DNA of 64,000 nucleotides from the human T2T-CHM13v2.0 reference genome, Homo sapiens: NCBI RefSeq assembly GCF_009914755.1, contig NC_060947.1; one strand, given 5' to 3'. This document shows, one piece after another, positions 57,463 to 64,000 of this stretch; the stretch's first letter is position 1; each line of letters begins with the position of its first letter. Below the pieces are notes generated by a model. The model saw nothing but the letters and a program-made list of their open reading frames with translations, ran no database searches and was not told the DNA's origin. Both the position numbers and the translations under genes were made by a program.

Positions 57463-57526
57463 TTAGGTTGGTACAAAGGTAATTACTGTTTTTTGTCATT
57501 AAAAGTAATGGCAGAAACCAATCTAA
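57463..57526. mobile_element. MADE1 (Hsmar1-derived MITE), right arm partly deleted
   Basis: 'ttaggttggtacaaaggtaattac...accaatctaa'. Confidence 0.8.
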
Positions 57527-57614
57527 TACTACTGATTAGCTTAGAAAATTGTTTTTACTAATAATTGTAAATGTAAGCACCTCACAAACCTATATTTTAA
57601 TTTTATGAATTATA

Positions 57615-58058
57615 TTTTAATAGACTTTAAATCAACAACAGTAAAAAAAAAAAAAGGCCATTATATAATTATCAAGGTATCAATTCAACGAGAAAACATA
57701 ACAATCCTACATATATATTCATGGAACACCAGAGCATTCAAATATGTAAAACAAATATTACTAGAACTAAGAAAAGAGATAGACAGCAATATAATAATAA
57801 TGGGGAACTTCGACACCCTAGTTATAGCAATAGACAGATAATCGAAAGAGAAAATCAACAAAGAAACATTGGACTAAATTGGATTTTAGACCAAATGACT
57901 CTAACAGATATTTACAGAAAATTCTACCCAACAACCACAGAATACACATTCTTTTTCTTATCACATGGAAGAACTTTCTCCAAGACAGACGATATGTCAT
58001 CTCACAAAGGAAATATCAATACATTTAAAAAATTGAAATCATATTAAATATCTTCTAA
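57615..58058 (+). mobile_element. L1M ORF2 endonuclease-domain fragment
   Basis: Peptides 'GHYIIIKVSIQRENITILHIY...IIMGNFDT' and 'LTDIYRKFYPTTTEYTFF'. Confidence 0.85.
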
Positions 58059-58059
58059 T

Positions 58060-59410
<1,351 letters not shown>

Positions 59411-59419
59411 AGAAAATGA

Positions 59420-60546
59420 TCTTCTGAAGCCTTCCTCTCTCAAATTGTCAAAGTCATTCTCCGTCCAGCTTTGTTCTGCTGCTGGTGAGGAGCTGTGTTC
59501 CTTTGGAGGAGGAGAGGCGCTGTGATTTTTAGAGTTTCCGGTTTTTCTGTTCTGTTTTTTCCATATCTTTGTGGTTTTATCTACCTTTGGTCTTTGATGA
59601 TGGTGACGTACAGATGGGTTTTTGGTGTGGATGTCCTTTCTGTTTGTTAGTTTCCCTTCTAACAGCCAGGACCCTCAGCTGCAGGTCTGTTGGAATTTAC
59701 TGGAGGTCCACTCCAGACGCTGTTTGCCTGGGTATCAGCAGCGGTGGCTGCAGAACAGCGGATATTGGTGAACCGCAAATGCTGCTGCCTGATCGTTCCT
59801 CTGGAAGTTTTGTCTCAGAGGAGTACCCGGCCATGTGAGGTGTCAGTCCGCCCCTACTGGGGGGTGCCTCCCAGTTAGGCTACTCGGAGGGTCAGGGACC
59901 CACTTGAGGAGGCAGTCTGCCCGTTCTCAGATCTCAAGCTGCGTGCTGGGAGAACCACTGCTCTCTTCAAAGCTGTCAGACAGAGATATTTAAGTCTGCA
60001 GAGGTTAGTGCTGTCTTTTGTTTGTCTGTGCCCTGCCCCCAGAGGTGGAGCCTACAGAGGCAGGCAGGCCTCCTTGAGCTGTGGTGGGCTACACCCAATT
60101 CGAGCTTCCCTTCCGCTTTGTTTACCTACTCAAGCCTGAGCAATGGCGGGCCCCCCTCCCCCAGCCTCGCTGCCTCCTTGCAGTTTGATCTCAGACTGCT
60201 GTGCTAGCAATGAGCGAGGCTCCCTGGGTGTAGGACCCTCCGAGCCATGTGCGGGATATAATCTCCTGGTGTGCCGTTTGTGAAGCCCGTGGGAAAAGCG
60301 CAGTATTAGGGTGGGAGTGATCCAATTTTCCAGGTGCTGTCTGTCACCACTTTCTTTGACTAGGAAAGGGAATTCCCTGACCCCTTGCGATTCCCAGGTG
60401 AGGCGATGCCTCGCCCTGCTTCAGCTCACACACGGTGTGCTGCAACCACTGTCCTGCACCCACTGTCCAGCACTTCCCTGTGAGATGAACCCGGTACCTC
60501 AGTTGGAAATGCAGAAATCACCCGTCTTCTGCGTCGCTCACGCTGG
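59420..60546 (-). mobile_element. Inverted 5' segment (5'UTR plus start of ORF1) of an L1PA3/4
   Basis: Antisense L1 5'UTR reaching 'cgtcgctcacgctgg', within about 50 nt of the L1 start; preceded by EN-type site ta/agaaaatgat. Confidence 0.93.
60143..60283 (+). pseudogene. L1 ORF0, truncated to 46 aa
   Basis: MAGPPPPASLPPCSLISDCCASNERGSLGVGPSEPCAGYNLLVCRL* matches the ORF0 N-terminus; premature TGA. Confidence 0.8.

Positions 60547-64000
<3,454 letters not shown>

Overview
AT-rich primate (human/ape-like) genomic DNA, intergenic or intronic, dominated by transposable elements. It holds about 14 Alu/FLAM-type SINE copies, many L1 fragments (L1PA to L1MC), L2/MIR, MaLR and ERV LTRs (MLT1, THE1, MSTA, LTR41, MER4D), an internally deleted two-LTR MER57-like provirus and several DNA-transposon MITEs (MER5, MER20, MER47, MER53, MER8, MADE1). 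I find no recognisable host protein-coding gene, RNA gene or CpG island. The only real protein similarity in the ORF track is disrupted L1 ORF2, plus a truncated ORF0 that I translated by hand. I see no evidence for a new multi-gene system. The most unusual signals are mechanistic footprints: (1) an Alu flanked by a 107-bp target-site duplication; (2) a perfect 13x26-bp minisatellite enclosed by a perfect 26-bp inverted repeat and built from inverted copies of its own flank; (3) strand-biased C>T changes in the provirus suggesting APOBEC-type editing; (4) a near-full-length L1PA3/4 whose 5' inversion points the antisense promoter and ORF0 into ORF2; (5) a TSD-flanked old L1 lacking all of ORF2. 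Repeat subfamily names come from remembered consensus sequences, boundaries were set by eye, and both need RepeatMasker/Dfam confirmation.
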